From an uncultured delta proteobacterium (GTDB taxonomy: Bacteria; Myxococcota; Myxococcia; Myxococcales; Anaeromyxobacteraceae), in assembly GCA_963766715.1 (NCBI GenBank), contig CAVYBH010000001.1, forward strand, positions 64,001 to 128,000: a DNA stretch of 64,000 bases, given 5' to 3'. Positions 50,139 through 60,249 of the stretch are shown here, piece by piece. The translations under genes and the position numbers were made by a program. The notes under the pieces are model-generated. The model saw only the letters and a program-made list of their open reading frames with translations. It did not search any database and was not told the origin of the DNA. Each line of letters begins with the position of its first letter. Position 1 is the first letter of the stretch.

Positions 50139-51683
50139 TCAGGAGGCGGTGGCGATGTGGTCCGAGGCCCAGTGGGCGATGCCCAGGATGGACTCCATAG
50201 GGTTCACGCCAAGTGACGTGGGGAAGACCGACCCGTCGACCACCCACACGTTGTCGAGCCAGTGCACCTTGAGCCGGGAGTCGACCACGCTCTTCTCCGG
50301 GTCGCGCCCCATGGCGCAGCCGCCCATGACGTGGGCGCTGAAGACCGACACGCGGAGCGGCTCCCAGGGCGCGCGATCGAGCAGCGCCACGTCGGCCTCG
50401 GTGCGCATGACCACCGGGTTCTCGTGGAGGGATCGGACCACGTCGGCGCCCGCCGCCAGCTGCAGCCGGGCCAGCGCCTTGTTTCCCTCGCGCAGCGCCT
50501 CCCAGATCTCCGGCCGGATCTCGTAGTCGACCCGCACCCGGCCGTCGGAGCGGAGCGAGACCGTGCCCCCCTTCTCGGCGGGGAGGAAGCCGTCGACGGC
50601 CAGCGCGATGAGGGCGCTCGACCGGGGAAGCTGCGACATCTGCTCCTCCTCGTCGGCGCCGAAGCCGCCCAGGGACGTCGCCGCCAGCACCGGGTGGCCG
50701 GGCGCCGCCTCCAGGAAGAAGGAGACCTTGCCGCCGCCGCGCTCCGAGAAGTGGTGGGAGGCCACCGACTGCGGCGCCCCGTAGAAGGGGAGGATGGGGC
50801 GGGAGAAGGTGGCCAGGCTCGCCACCACCGGGTGCAGGAAGGTCCGCTGCCCGACCTTGCCGTTGGGGTCGTAGCCGCTGCGGAGCAGGATCTCCGGGCT
50901 GCCCACCGCGCCGGCCGCGAGCACCACCAGCCGGGGCCGGACCACGATCTTGCGGCTGGTGGGCTTGAAGGCCGCGTCGAGCCCGACCGCGTGCACGGCG
51001 GTGATGCGGCGCCCCGACTTCTCGAGCCGCTGCACCCGGGCGCGCGCGAACACCTTGGCCCCGCGCGCCACGGCGTCGGGGACGTAGGTCAGGTCGGTGG
51101 AGCTCTTGGCGCCCACCGGGCAGCCGGTTCCGCAGTAGCCCAGGGACTGGCAGCCGGTGACGTTGCGGCGCGTGATCTCGCGACTCCAGCCGAGCTTGCC
51201 GGCGCCGTCCCAGAGGACGCGGTTGTTCTCGTTCGACGCCTCGAGGGTCCAGGGCTGGATCCCCAGCCGCTTCTCCACGGCCTCGAAGTGCGGCGCGAGG
51301 GCCTGCTCGTCCAGGCCGCTGACGCCGAAGGCCTCGGCCCAGTGGCGCAGCACCCGGGGCGGGGTCCGGTAGCTGGTGGTCCAGTTGACGAGGGTGCCTC
51401 CCCCGACGGCGCGCCCCTGCAGCAGGGTCACGGCCAGGTCGGCCGTCGCCCGCATGCCCCGCTCCTGGTAGAGGTTCGGGTAGGCCCAGGTCTCGTCCAT
51501 CTTGAGCTGGTCGGGCGGGAAGTGGCCCCCCTCCTCGAGCAGCGTCACCCGGAGGCCGCGGGCCGCCAGGCGGGCCGCCACCACCGCGCCGCCCGCCCCG
51601 GAGCCGACCACGCAGACGTCGGGGCGATCGTCCACGTCCTTGCGCAGCGAGGCGGCGTCGACGATGCGGCCCGGATCGCTCAC
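50139..51683 (-). CDS. GMC family oxidoreductase
   Basis: VVGSGAGG, GGGTLVNW, CQSLGYCGTGCP, SAHVMGGC, DGSVFPTSLGVNP. Confidence 0.92.
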   Translation of the reverse strand: MSDPGRIVDAASLRKDVDDRPDVCVVGSGAGGAVVAARLAARGLRVTLLEEGGHFPPDQLKMDETWAYPNLYQERGMRATADLAVTLLQGRAVGGGTLVNWTTSYRTPPRVLRHWAEAFGVSGLDEQALAPHFEAVEKRLGIQPWTLEASNENNRVLWDGAGKLGWSREITRRNVTGCQSLGYCGTGCPVGAKSSTDLTYVPDAVARGAKVFARARVQRLEKSGRRITAVHAVGLDAAFKPTSRKIVVRPRLVVLAAGAVGSPEILLRSGYDPNGKVGQRTFLHPVVASLATFSRPILPFYGAPQSVASHHFSERGGGKVSFFLEAAPGHPVLAATSLGGFGADEEEQMSQLPRSSALIALAVDGFLPAEKGGTVSLRSDGRVRVDYEIRPEIWEALREGNKALARLQLAAGADVVRSLHENPVVMRTEADVALLDRAPWEPLRVSVFSAHVMGGCAMGRDPEKSVVDSRLKVHWLDNVWVVDGSVFPTSLGVNPMESILGIAHWASDHIATAS

Positions 51684-52351
51684 GGCTTCACCTCGGGTGA
51701 CTGGGGCGGCGGCCCCAGCGCGGGCAGCACGCCCTCGGTGACCGTCCCCGGGGCGCTGCGCTCGCTGCGATCGACGGGCGGTCCGACGGGGGGCGGTCCG
51801 GGGTAGCCGATGGCCGCCCAGGTCTCCCGCGCGCCGTAGTAGCTGGAGTAGACGATCTTCTTCAGGGCCTTGTAGCCGGTGCGCCGGACCCGGTAGCGGC
51901 TCTGCTGCCAGGCGCGGATCCGGGCGTCCTGCTGCTCGGGGGTGGACTCGGTGAAGGTCCTCCACTGTCCGTCGAGGACGAGCCCGGCCAGCGCGTTCTC
52001 GAAGAGCCGGACGAGCTGCCCGACCTCCTTCTGCGCCTCCTCGGGCATGAGGGCCACGAGCGCGTCGATCCGCCGCGGCAGGTCGACGTCGAGGGGGGAG
52101 GGGAAGCCGGGGCGGGGGGGCAGGAGCCGGTCGGCGAGCTCCAGGAACACGGTGGCCTCCTCCGGCGAGAGCGCGGTGAAGGGGCCGGTCAGGCCGGGGG
52201 CCGGCAACGTCCGGCGCGTGGCGAGCCACGAGCCCCCGCCGATGGCGAGGAGCGCCGCGCCGGCCACCCCGTACTTGAGGAAGCTGCGCCGGCCCTCGCG
52301 CTCGTGCGGAAGGAGGATCCGCTCCCGACGATATCGGTTGCGCCTGAGCAT
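51680..52351 (-). CDS. Tat-signal partner subunit (gluconate 2-dehydrogenase subunit 3-like)
   Basis: GRRSFLKYG twin-arginine motif; YSSYY…WAAIGYPGP; coupled to the GMC gene. Confidence 0.8.
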   Translation of the reverse strand: MLRRNRYRRERILLPHEREGRRSFLKYGVAGAALLAIGGGSWLATRRTLPAPGLTGPFTALSPEEATVFLELADRLLPPRPGFPSPLDVDLPRRIDALVALMPEEAQKEVGQLVRLFENALAGLVLDGQWRTFTESTPEQQDARIRAWQQSRYRVRRTGYKALKKIVYSSYYGARETWAAIGYPGPPPVGPPVDRSERSAPGTVTEGVLPALGPPPQSPEVKP

Positions 52352-52502
52352 GTGCGCTCGCAGACTACCCAGGCTCCGTCACACCTTCAACTTTGGGCGA
52401 AATCGTCCGGGCCTTCCGGGCAGGAGGGAGATTTCTTGCGCACCCGGGGCATAATCGGAAATCGATCGCCGATGGGAGGCGGGGGAAGTCGGCCGGAGGG
52501 AC

Positions 52503-53354
52503 ATGGGGACGGAGAAACGATCGCATCCGAGGTTTCCGCTGATCCTGGCCGTGGACTATCCAGGGGCGGCATCGACGGTGCGCGACTACACCGAGAACCT
52601 CTCGGCCGGGGGGCTCTTCATCCGCACCGAGCGCGAGTTCGAGATCGGGGACCGCCTGGCGCTCCTCCTCTCGTTCCCGGACCTGCTCGAGCCCGCCGAG
52701 CTCGAGGTCGAGGTGGTGCGGCTCCGCCGCGGGGGCGGCTCGCAGCCGCCCGGCGTGGCGGTGTGGATCCCGCCCGACCGGATGGACGACCGGCGCCGGC
52801 TCGAGCGGCTCTCCGCCGCGGCCGCCGCGCAGGCCGAGGCCAGCCGGCCGAGCTACCGGGTGCTGCTCGTCGAGGACAACTCGCTGGTGGCCGCCATGTA
52901 CGCGTCGGCGCTTCGCCGGCTGGCGGCGACCGAGGGGCTCGGGGGGCTCGCCGTCGACGTGGCGGTCGACGGGAACGAGGCCTTCGCGCGGCTCCTGGCC
53001 CAGCCCCCCATCGATCTCATCATCACCGACGTCTACATGCCGGTCATGACCGGCTTCGCCCTGGTGGAGAAGGTGCGGGGCGAGCCGCGGCTCCGCCACC
53101 TGCCCATCATCGTCATCTCGTCGGCCGGGGACGAGGAGCGGGAGCGGGTGAGCCGCCTGGGGGCCAACTTCTTCCTGCAGAAGCCGGTCAAGTACCAGGA
53201 CATCGTCACCACCGTCCGGACGCTCATCCGGGCCGGACCCCAGCCCGGGGCGCCCATGTCCACCCGTCAAGTCCCCAAGGTCGATGAGCCCCGTCCGACC
53301 GAAGATTTCCGCCCCGGACCGGTTGACCCGACGACGCGGAGGGGGCGAGACTGA
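52503..53354 (+). CDS. PilZ-domain plus receiver-domain protein
   Basis: RSHPR (RxxxR) and NLSAGG; REC motifs VLLVEDN, IITDVYMP, ISS, QKPV. Confidence 0.9.
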   Translation: MGTEKRSHPRFPLILAVDYPGAASTVRDYTENLSAGGLFIRTEREFEIGDRLALLLSFPDLLEPAELEVEVVRLRRGGGSQPPGVAVWIPPDRMDDRRRLERLSAAAAAQAEASRPSYRVLLVEDNSLVAAMYASALRRLAATEGLGGLAVDVAVDGNEAFARLLAQPPIDLIITDVYMPVMTGFALVEKVRGEPRLRHLPIIVISSAGDEERERVSRLGANFFLQKPVKYQDIVTTVRTLIRAGPQPGAPMSTRQVPKVDEPRPTEDFRPGPVDPTTRRGRD

Positions 53355-53359
53355 CGCTC

Positions 53360-53450
53360 AAGAAGGCCGGTCTCCAACCGGCCCACGGACGAGAGGAAAC
53401 TCCGTCCACGTCTCACCGAGGTCCGCCCCCGTGGCGGACCTCTTCGTTTC
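53360..53450 (+). ncRNA. Candidate small structured RNA / terminator region with three hairpins
   Basis: Stems at 53365-53383, 53387-53407 (GAAA loop) and 53418-53442, followed by ttcgttt. Confidence 0.4.
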
Positions 53451-53468
53451 CGAGGTAGGTTGCCCGTC

Positions 53469-53684
53469 ATGCCGAAGCTCCCCGCCCCCGCCGCCGGAAC
53501 CGTCCTCCGCCTGGAGAAGAGCCCGGGCGAGGCCGTCGCCGCGGGCGAGACGATCCTGGTGCTCCTCTCCGAGAGGAAGACGGAGCTGCCGCTCGAGTCC
53601 CCCGTCGGCGGCCGGGTCCGGGAGCTCCGGGTGAAGGAAGGGCAGGCCGTCGCCGCGGGCGACGTCCTGGCCGTCGTCGAGTGA
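53469..53684 (+). CDS. Stand-alone biotinyl/lipoyl-like carrier domain, atypical attachment motif
   Basis: APAAGTV…GEAVAAGETILVL…SPVGGRV…VKEGQAVAAGDVL; SERKTE where EAMKM is expected. Confidence 0.8.
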   Translation: MPKLPAPAAGTVLRLEKSPGEAVAAGETILVLLSERKTELPLESPVGGRVRELRVKEGQAVAAGDVLAVVE

Positions 53685-54475
53685 GCGCCGCACCGGCGAG
53701 GATCCGGGTGGAGGACCGCGGGTTCGTCCGCATCCTGACCATCGACAACCCGGACAAGCGGAACGCCTTCGACTACGGCTCGCTCGCGGAGCTGGAGGGC
53801 GCCTGCGCCCGGGCCGCGTCCGACCGGGTCCGCTGCCTCGTCCTGCGCGGCGCCGGCGACCAGGCCTTCTCGTCCGGCTTCGACATCGACGCCATGGAGG
53901 GCGGCGGGCCGGGGGGCGATCGCCCCGACCTCGCCACCGAGCGGGCCATGGAGGCGGTGGAGGCGGTCCCGTGCCCCACGGTGGCCTTCGTGAACGGCGC
54001 GGCCTTCGGCGCCGGCTGCGAGCTGGCCGCCACCTGCGACCTGCGCATCGCCAGCCAGGGGGCGCGCCTGGGCATGCCGCCGGCCAAGCTCGGCGTGGTC
54101 TACGCGGCGGCCGGCCTGCGCCGCTTCCTGGCGCTGGTCGGGCCGGCCCACACCCGCGAGATGTTCTTCACCGGCCGCCCCCTCGACGCCGCCAAGGCGC
54201 TCGCCATCGGGCTCGTGGACCAGGTGGCCGCGTCCGCCGAGGCCGAGGCCGCCGCGCTGGCCCTGGCCGACGAGATCGCCCGCAACGCGCCCATCGCGGT
54301 GCAGGGGATGAAGCGGATCCTCCGGCTGCTCGTCTCGGCGCACGAGCGCGGCCTGACCGACGAGGAGCGGGCCGAGGTGGCGGCGCTCCGGTCGCGCGCC
54401 TTCGAGAGCGCCGACCTGCGCGAGGGCCGGGCCGCCTGGGCCGGCCGCCGGCCGCCCGTGTTTCGCGGAGAGTGA
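53681..54475 (+). CDS. Enoyl-CoA hydratase/crotonase family protein
   Basis: KRNA, AFSSGFDI, NGAAFGAGCELAATCDLRIA, GMPPAKLG. Confidence 0.92.
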   Translation: MSAAPARIRVEDRGFVRILTIDNPDKRNAFDYGSLAELEGACARAASDRVRCLVLRGAGDQAFSSGFDIDAMEGGGPGGDRPDLATERAMEAVEAVPCPTVAFVNGAAFGAGCELAATCDLRIASQGARLGMPPAKLGVVYAAAGLRRFLALVGPAHTREMFFTGRPLDAAKALAIGLVDQVAASAEAEAAALALADEIARNAPIAVQGMKRILRLLVSAHERGLTDEERAEVAALRSRAFESADLREGRAAWAGRRPPVFRGE

Positions 54476-54514
54476 ATCGGGGTCCCGCCCCGGCCGCGGG
54501 GCCGGGCGGCGCGC

Positions 54515-56242
54515 TCAGCCGCGCGGACGCTGGCGCGGCAGGAGCTTGCGGACCACGCGAGGGCCGTCCTTCTCGGGCAGCACCACGAACTGGTCGACGT
54601 CGTGGCCCGGCAGCGAGAGGTCGATCCGGTGGCGCTCGTCGACGCGGAGGTCGGTGAGGGTCACGGGCGTCCGCCCCGCCGGCCGTCCGTCCACCTGCAC
54701 CTCGGCGCCGGTGGGCTCGCTCTCCACGGTCAGCGAACCGAGCGCGGAGGGAAGCTCCAGGTGGACCGTCCGGGCCAGCCGGCCCAGCTCGGCGCGCACG
54801 GCCAAGGTGGCGGCCCGGCGCCCGGGCGCCACGGCCCGGATCTCGTGGGGGTCGGAGAGCCGGATCCGCTCGACGACCAGCGGGGTGGTGCCCGGGACCG
54901 GCTTGCCGTCGACCGTGATCTGGGCGCCCGGCGGCGTGGAGGAGACCACCAGCGCGCCGTCCACGAGCCAGGGGGCCACCGCGAAGCCCGCCGCCGCCAC
55001 GCCCAGCCCGGCCAGCACGCCCAGGACGATCGCCCGCGCCGCTCCCACCCGGACCGTCCGCACGCGCTCCGGCCCGAGCGGGACCTGGCGCTGCGGTGCG
55101 CGGTCCACGTCGATGTCGATGCTCGGGGTCCCCAGGTCGGGGAGCTCGCTGCGCGGGACCGAGCCGGTGGTCTCGGCCCGGGCCACCGAGTCGTAGACCG
55201 CCGCCCGCTGCTGCTCGGCGACGTTCCGCAGCACCTTCATCACCAGGGCGTCGTGGGCGCGCGCCGCGCGCTGGCGGGTGATCCGCTCGATGTAGACCTG
55301 GTGCATCTGCCGGCCCAGGTGGTCCTGGATGGCGGTATGGGGCGTGGGGAAGAGCACGTCCACCAGCGCGTCGGCGAAGCTGCGCGCGTCGGGATAGCGG
55401 TCGTCGGGGTTCGCGGCCAGCGCCTTCAGGACGATGCCGTCGAGCTCCTTGGGCAGCCGCTCGTCGATGGCCGAGGGAGGGACCACCTTGCCCTGCCGGG
55501 ACTGGATCAGGGACTCCACGTCCACCGCCCGCTGGAACGGCTTCTGCTTGGTGAGCAGCTCGTAGAGGACGATGCCGGCGGCGAAGATGTCGACCCGGTG
55601 GTCCCAGGCCCGCTCCAGGGAGGCCTGCTCGGGCGCGACGTACCCGAGCTTCCCCATGAGCATCCCCTCCTTGTAGTTGGAGAGGCCGGTGGCGGCGCGG
55701 GCGATGCCGAAGTCGAGCAGCTTCACCTCGCCCTGCCAGGAGACGAGCATGTTGTCGGGCGAGACGTCGCAGTGGACCACGCGCAGCGGGTTGCCCTGGG
55801 CGTCGGCGCGCTTGTGCGCGTACTCGAGCCCCTGGAGCAGCTGGAGCACGATGTAGATCGACTGCTCGGGCGTGATGGCGGTCCCGGCGCGCGCGAAGGA
55901 GACCATCATGTCCTTCAGCGACACGCCGTTCACCAGCTCCATCGAGATGAAGTAGGTGCCGTCGATCGACCCGCACTCGTAGATCTGGGTGACGTTGTTG
56001 TGGGTGAGCTGGACGGTGAGCTTGGCCTCGTTCACCAGCATGGTGATGAAGCCCTGGTCCTGGGAGCGCGCCGGCAGGATGCGCTTCACCACCAGTTCCT
56101 TCTCGAACCCCTCGGCGCCGGCCACCTTGGCGCGGAAGATCTCGGCCATCCCCCCCACGGCGAGCCGCTGGAGGAGGAAGAACTTCCCGAAGACGTGCGG
56201 CTTGAAGTCCGGCGCCGCTGGGGTCTGTGCCGGAGAGGCCAC
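54515..56242 (-). CDS. Membrane Ser/Thr protein kinase with PEGA domains
   Basis: LAVGGMAEIF, VVKRILP, HCDVSPDN, DFGIA, YVAPEQ; TM; STPPGAQITVDG and SEPTGAEVQVDG. Confidence 0.92.
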   Translation of the reverse strand: MASPAQTPAAPDFKPHVFGKFFLLQRLAVGGMAEIFRAKVAGAEGFEKELVVKRILPARSQDQGFITMLVNEAKLTVQLTHNNVTQIYECGSIDGTYFISMELVNGVSLKDMMVSFARAGTAITPEQSIYIVLQLLQGLEYAHKRADAQGNPLRVVHCDVSPDNMLVSWQGEVKLLDFGIARAATGLSNYKEGMLMGKLGYVAPEQASLERAWDHRVDIFAAGIVLYELLTKQKPFQRAVDVESLIQSRQGKVVPPSAIDERLPKELDGIVLKALAANPDDRYPDARSFADALVDVLFPTPHTAIQDHLGRQMHQVYIERITRQRAARAHDALVMKVLRNVAEQQRAAVYDSVARAETTGSVPRSELPDLGTPSIDIDVDRAPQRQVPLGPERVRTVRVGAARAIVLGVLAGLGVAAAGFAVAPWLVDGALVVSSTPPGAQITVDGKPVPGTTPLVVERIRLSDPHEIRAVAPGRRAATLAVRAELGRLARTVHLELPSALGSLTVESEPTGAEVQVDGRPAGRTPVTLTDLRVDERHRIDLSLPGHDVDQFVVLPEKDGPRVVRKLLPRQRPRG

Positions 56243-56341
56243 ATGTGGGGCGAGGATAGCCTCCGGGGGCCAGCCCGCCAAGGAAGCGGCCGGGGCGGCG
56301 CGTGGGACCCGGTGGGGGGCCCGGGGCTAAGATGCCACCCC

Positions 56342-58146
56342 ATGCCGCCCGCCGGCGCGTCCCCCCATCTCGCGCAACCCCCGCGCACCCGGATCCCGCC
56401 GGCGCTCGGCGCGGCGCTGCTCGCCGCGGTCCTCTTCCTCCCCGGCCTGGGGTCGGTGGGGCTGTGGGATCCGTGGGAGCCCCATTACGCGCAGGTCTCC
56501 CGCGAGATGATCGCGCGGGCCGACTGGGTCCACCCCCACTGGCGCGAGGCCTGGTTCTTCTCCAAGCCGCCGCTCCTCCTGTGGGCCGGGGCAGCCGGTC
56601 TCGCGCTCGCCGGCGAGGGCCCGCTCTCCGAGTGGGGGCTTCGCCTGCCGGTGGCGCTCCTCGCCATCCTGGGCGTGGCGTTCGCGACCGCGGCGGTGGC
56701 GCGGCTCGCCTCCCGCCGCGCCGCCTGGCTCGCCGGGACGGCGCTCGCCACGGCGCCGTTCGTGGCGCTCTTCGCCCGGCAGGCCGTGCCCGACCTGCCG
56801 CTCACCGTCCTCTCGACGTCGGGCGGCCTGGCCTTCGCCGTCGCGCTCCTCGACGACGACGCGCCGGCGGGCTGGGCGTACGCCGGCTGGGTGCTGCTCG
56901 GCCTGGCGACGCTGGCCAAGGGAGCCATCGGCTTCGCGCTGCCGGCCGGGGCGCTCCTCGCCTGGCTGGTGGTGACGGGCGACTGGAGGCGGGCGGGGCG
57001 GCTGCGGTTCGTGGAGCCGGCGGGGCGCGCCTGGGCGCCGCTCGGGCCGCTCGTCTTCCTCGGCGTGGCCGCGCCCTGGTACGCCGCGATGGCGGGATTC
57101 CCGGGCCAGGACGAGTCGGGGTGGACCTTCCTCCAGCGCTTCTGGCTCCACGACCACCTCCGCCGCTTCGCCGCCGGCGTCCACGCGCCGGTGCCGGGGC
57201 GCGGGTGGCTCGCCTACCTGGGGTGGATCGCCGCCGGCACCTTTCCCTGGGTGGCGGCGCTCCCGGGCGCGATTGGCGAGGCGCTCCGGACCCGCGGCCG
57301 GAGCGGGAGCCCGGCCCAGGGCCTCCTGCTCCTCTGCGCGCTCTGGGCGCTCCTCGGCTACCTGCTGGTCGCGCTCGCCGCCACCTCGTACCCCCACTAC
57401 GTGCTGCCCGTCGTGCCGCCCCTGCTCGTCGCCGCCGCCCTCTTCCTCGACCGCCTCCTCCAGGACGGACTCCCGGCCCATCGCCTGGCCGGGGCGCTCG
57501 GCGGCGCGGCGTTCGCGGCGACCGGCTGGGCGCTGGCCGGCAAGCCCCGCCTCTTCACCGCCCTCTTCACCTACGACCCGCGGCGCGCCTGGCCCGGCGC
57601 GGAGCTGGACGCGCTCCACCCGGTCTTCCAGCTGGGGCCGCTCCCCGTCTCGCTGCGTCCCGGCGCCGTGCTGCTCGCGCTCCTGGGGGCCGGGCTCCTG
57701 GGGTTCGCCGTCTCCGTCCTCCGCCGGTCGGCCCGGGTCGCGGTGGCGCCCTGGCGGGCCTGGCGGTCGTGCTCGCGGCCTGGCTCTCCTGGGTCCACGT
57801 GCCCGAGCTCGCGCCCCACTGGTCGCAGCGGGAGGTCTTCGCCGCGCTGCGATCGGAGGCGCCGGGGCCCGGCGAGCCGGTGGTGGCGTGGCTCATGAAC
57901 TGGCGGGGAGAGACCTTCTACGGCAGGGGGCAGGTGCGGGAGGTGATCGACCCGGCCCGGATGCGCGAGGTGGCGGCGCGCCGGGGCCGGCTCTGGGTGG
58001 TGACCGAGGCGAGGGAGATCCCGTCGCTCCGGAGCGCGATCGGGCCGGCCAAGGAGCTCCGGGTGGCGGGGCCGGCGACCGGGCGCTATCGACTGCTCGA
58101 GCTGACCGACGCATCGCCGGAGGAGCCTGGAGGTCACCATGAGTGA
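56342..58146 (+). CDS. ArnT/PMT-like (GT-C fold) membrane glycosyltransferase; frameshift near 57750
   Basis: LWDPWEPHYAQVSREM, FFSKPPLLLW, RLPVA, LAKG, multiple TM helices. Confidence 0.85.
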
Positions 58147-58591
58147 AGGACGCGGGCTGGATCGGGGCTGGCTGTGCCAGGCCATCGTCGAGGGGGCCGG
58201 AGACGCCATCCTCTTCGCCGACCGGGACGGGCGGATCCGCTACTGGAACGCCGGGGCCGCCGCCATGTTCGGCTGGAGCGCCGTGGAGGCGATCGGAAAC
58301 TCGATGGACCTGATCATCCCCGAGCGCCAGCGGGCGCGCCACTGGCACGGCTGGGACCAGGTGATGAAGACCGGCCACACCCGCTACGGGAAGGACATCC
58401 TGGCCGTGCCCGGGTCCCGGAAGGACGGCTCCCCGCTCTCCATCGAGTTCACCATCCAGCTGGTCCGGGACGACGCCGGGACCATCCTCGGGGCCTCGGC
58501 CATCATCCGGGACGTCACGGAGCGATGGACGAGGGACCGCGAGACGAGGAAGCGGCTCGCCGACCTCGAGCAGAAGCTGCGCGGGGCCTGA
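58139..58591 (+). CDS. Stand-alone PAS domain protein
   Basis: DAILFADRDGRIRYWNAGAAAMFG, RKDGS, IIRDVTER. Confidence 0.9.
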   Translation: MSEGRGLDRGWLCQAIVEGAGDAILFADRDGRIRYWNAGAAAMFGWSAVEAIGNSMDLIIPERQRARHWHGWDQVMKTGHTRYGKDILAVPGSRKDGSPLSIEFTIQLVRDDAGTILGASAIIRDVTERWTRDRETRKRLADLEQKLRGA

Positions 58592-60197
58592 TCACCACCC
58601 CGCGCCGTCGAAGCGGGCCTTCGCGGTCCGGGCGATCGACCCGGGCGAGATGGGGGCCACGCCGGCCGCGCGGGCCAGGTCGTCGACGTGCGCCAACCCT
58701 CCCGGCTCCCACATCCGGGCCAGCCAGGCCGGGGCTCCGCTCCAGCGCCACCACGGGCCTGCGCCCTGGTTCGCCAGCGCCGCCTCGATCTGCGCGGCGA
58801 GCAGCGCGGCCCGGAGCGAATCGGCCGAGCCGAGGAGCGGGTCACGCTGCAGCGGCCAGTGCGCGGCCTCCTGGGCGTCGACCGGGTGGCACAGGGCGCG
58901 CGAGAGGATCTTCGCGTCCCCCGCCGCGCCGGGCGTCCCGCCGCGGGCGCGATCGATCTCGCGCAGCAGCCGGGCCGCCTGCATGCGGACGGCGTGCAGG
59001 CGATCCGCCTGCGCCGCCCGGATCTCCCTCGCCAGCTCGTGGCCGACGATCCCGGAGCGGTCGTGGAGCCAGGCGGGGTCGGAGGCGAGGGCCTCGAGCA
59101 GGAAGCCCCAGGTGGCGGAGGCCGCCGGCGATCCGAGGCGTCGAGCCTCCACGCCCTCGGCCCGGATGCCCGAGAGGAAGAGCGCCACGCCCAGCTCGTG
59201 GAGGAAGGCGCGTGCCTCGGAGGCCCCGCCGGAGGGGAGGGCGGAGAGCCGCACGTCGCCGGGGACCTGCACGGGAACCGTGAGTGGCCGCTGGCTCTTC
59301 CTCGGCGCGGGGCGGTCGTCGAGCTTCACCCGGGAAGCCAGGTCGACGCCGGCCGCGGCGGCGGCGGCCTGCCCGTCGGGCACCAGGCGCGCGGCGGGGT
59401 GGGCCTTCGGCTCGTGGGAGGCCCGGAGCATGCGGGGCAGGTCGCGCATCCGGGTGGCGGAGAGCGGCACGCCGACCTCGCGGCGCGCCAGCTGATCCGC
59501 GGCGGCGCAGTAGGCCGGGCCGGTGGCGTCGAGCGTCGCCGACGCGAGCGCGGCCAGGTCGTCCGCCCGGGCGCCCCGAAGCGCCTGGGCCACCGAGTCG
59601 ACGTCCGGCATCCCGAGCTTCGCCGCCGCCGCGGTGAGGGCGGTCGCGTCGGCGTCCGCGCTCCGGGCGGCCCGCAGCGCGGCCGGTGCCCGCGCGGCGT
59701 CGAGGTTCGCGCGCCGGCCCGCATCCGGCTCGGCGGCGAGCAGGGCCGGAGACCTCCCGCAGCGCGACCGTCCGGCCGTCGAAGGAGAAGGAGAGGTCGA
59801 CCGGGGCGCCGCCGGCCGCCGGGGCGACGGATGCGGCGAGCACCTCGCCCACCAGGAAGTCCCGGAGCATGCCGCGGCGGGCGCGCTCGGCCGGATCCCC
59901 GGCCGGCGCCAGCGCGTCGAGCGCCCGCAGCGCCGAGCCGTCGGAGAGCCACTCCCGGCCGGCGTGGGGCGCCGCCACGTCGAGCGGGGCGCCGGTGGTC
60001 CAGGCCGTCCAGGTGGCCTCGCCCTGCGCGGCCAGCAGCCCGTCCACGTCGGCGCGGAGGCGGCGGAGCAGCGCCTCGTCGGGCGGGATCGACCGGCGCG
60101 GCGGGGGCACCGGGGGCGGAGGCGCGGGAGCCGGGAGCGGTTCGGGCGCGTGGGCGCAGGCGGTCGCCCACAGGAGCAGCGGGAGGAGTCTCTTCAC
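58592..60197 (-). CDS. Lipoprotein with degenerate M3/zincin-like peptidase fold; frameshift near 59750
   Basis: Lipobox LWATAC; RPLTVPVQVPGDVRLS…FLHELGVALF; SADSLRAALLAAQ. Confidence 0.65.
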
Positions 60198-60249
60198 CGG
60201 GACATGCTACCCGGGGGCGGCCGCGCCGGCGACCCGTTAAGCTGTCCCC

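Noticed and set aside
53347..53414. Hammerhead ribozyme (CTGA…GAAA)
   Set aside because: The core reads CTGACGC rather than CTGANGA, and the GAAA is a hairpin loop rather than a junction.
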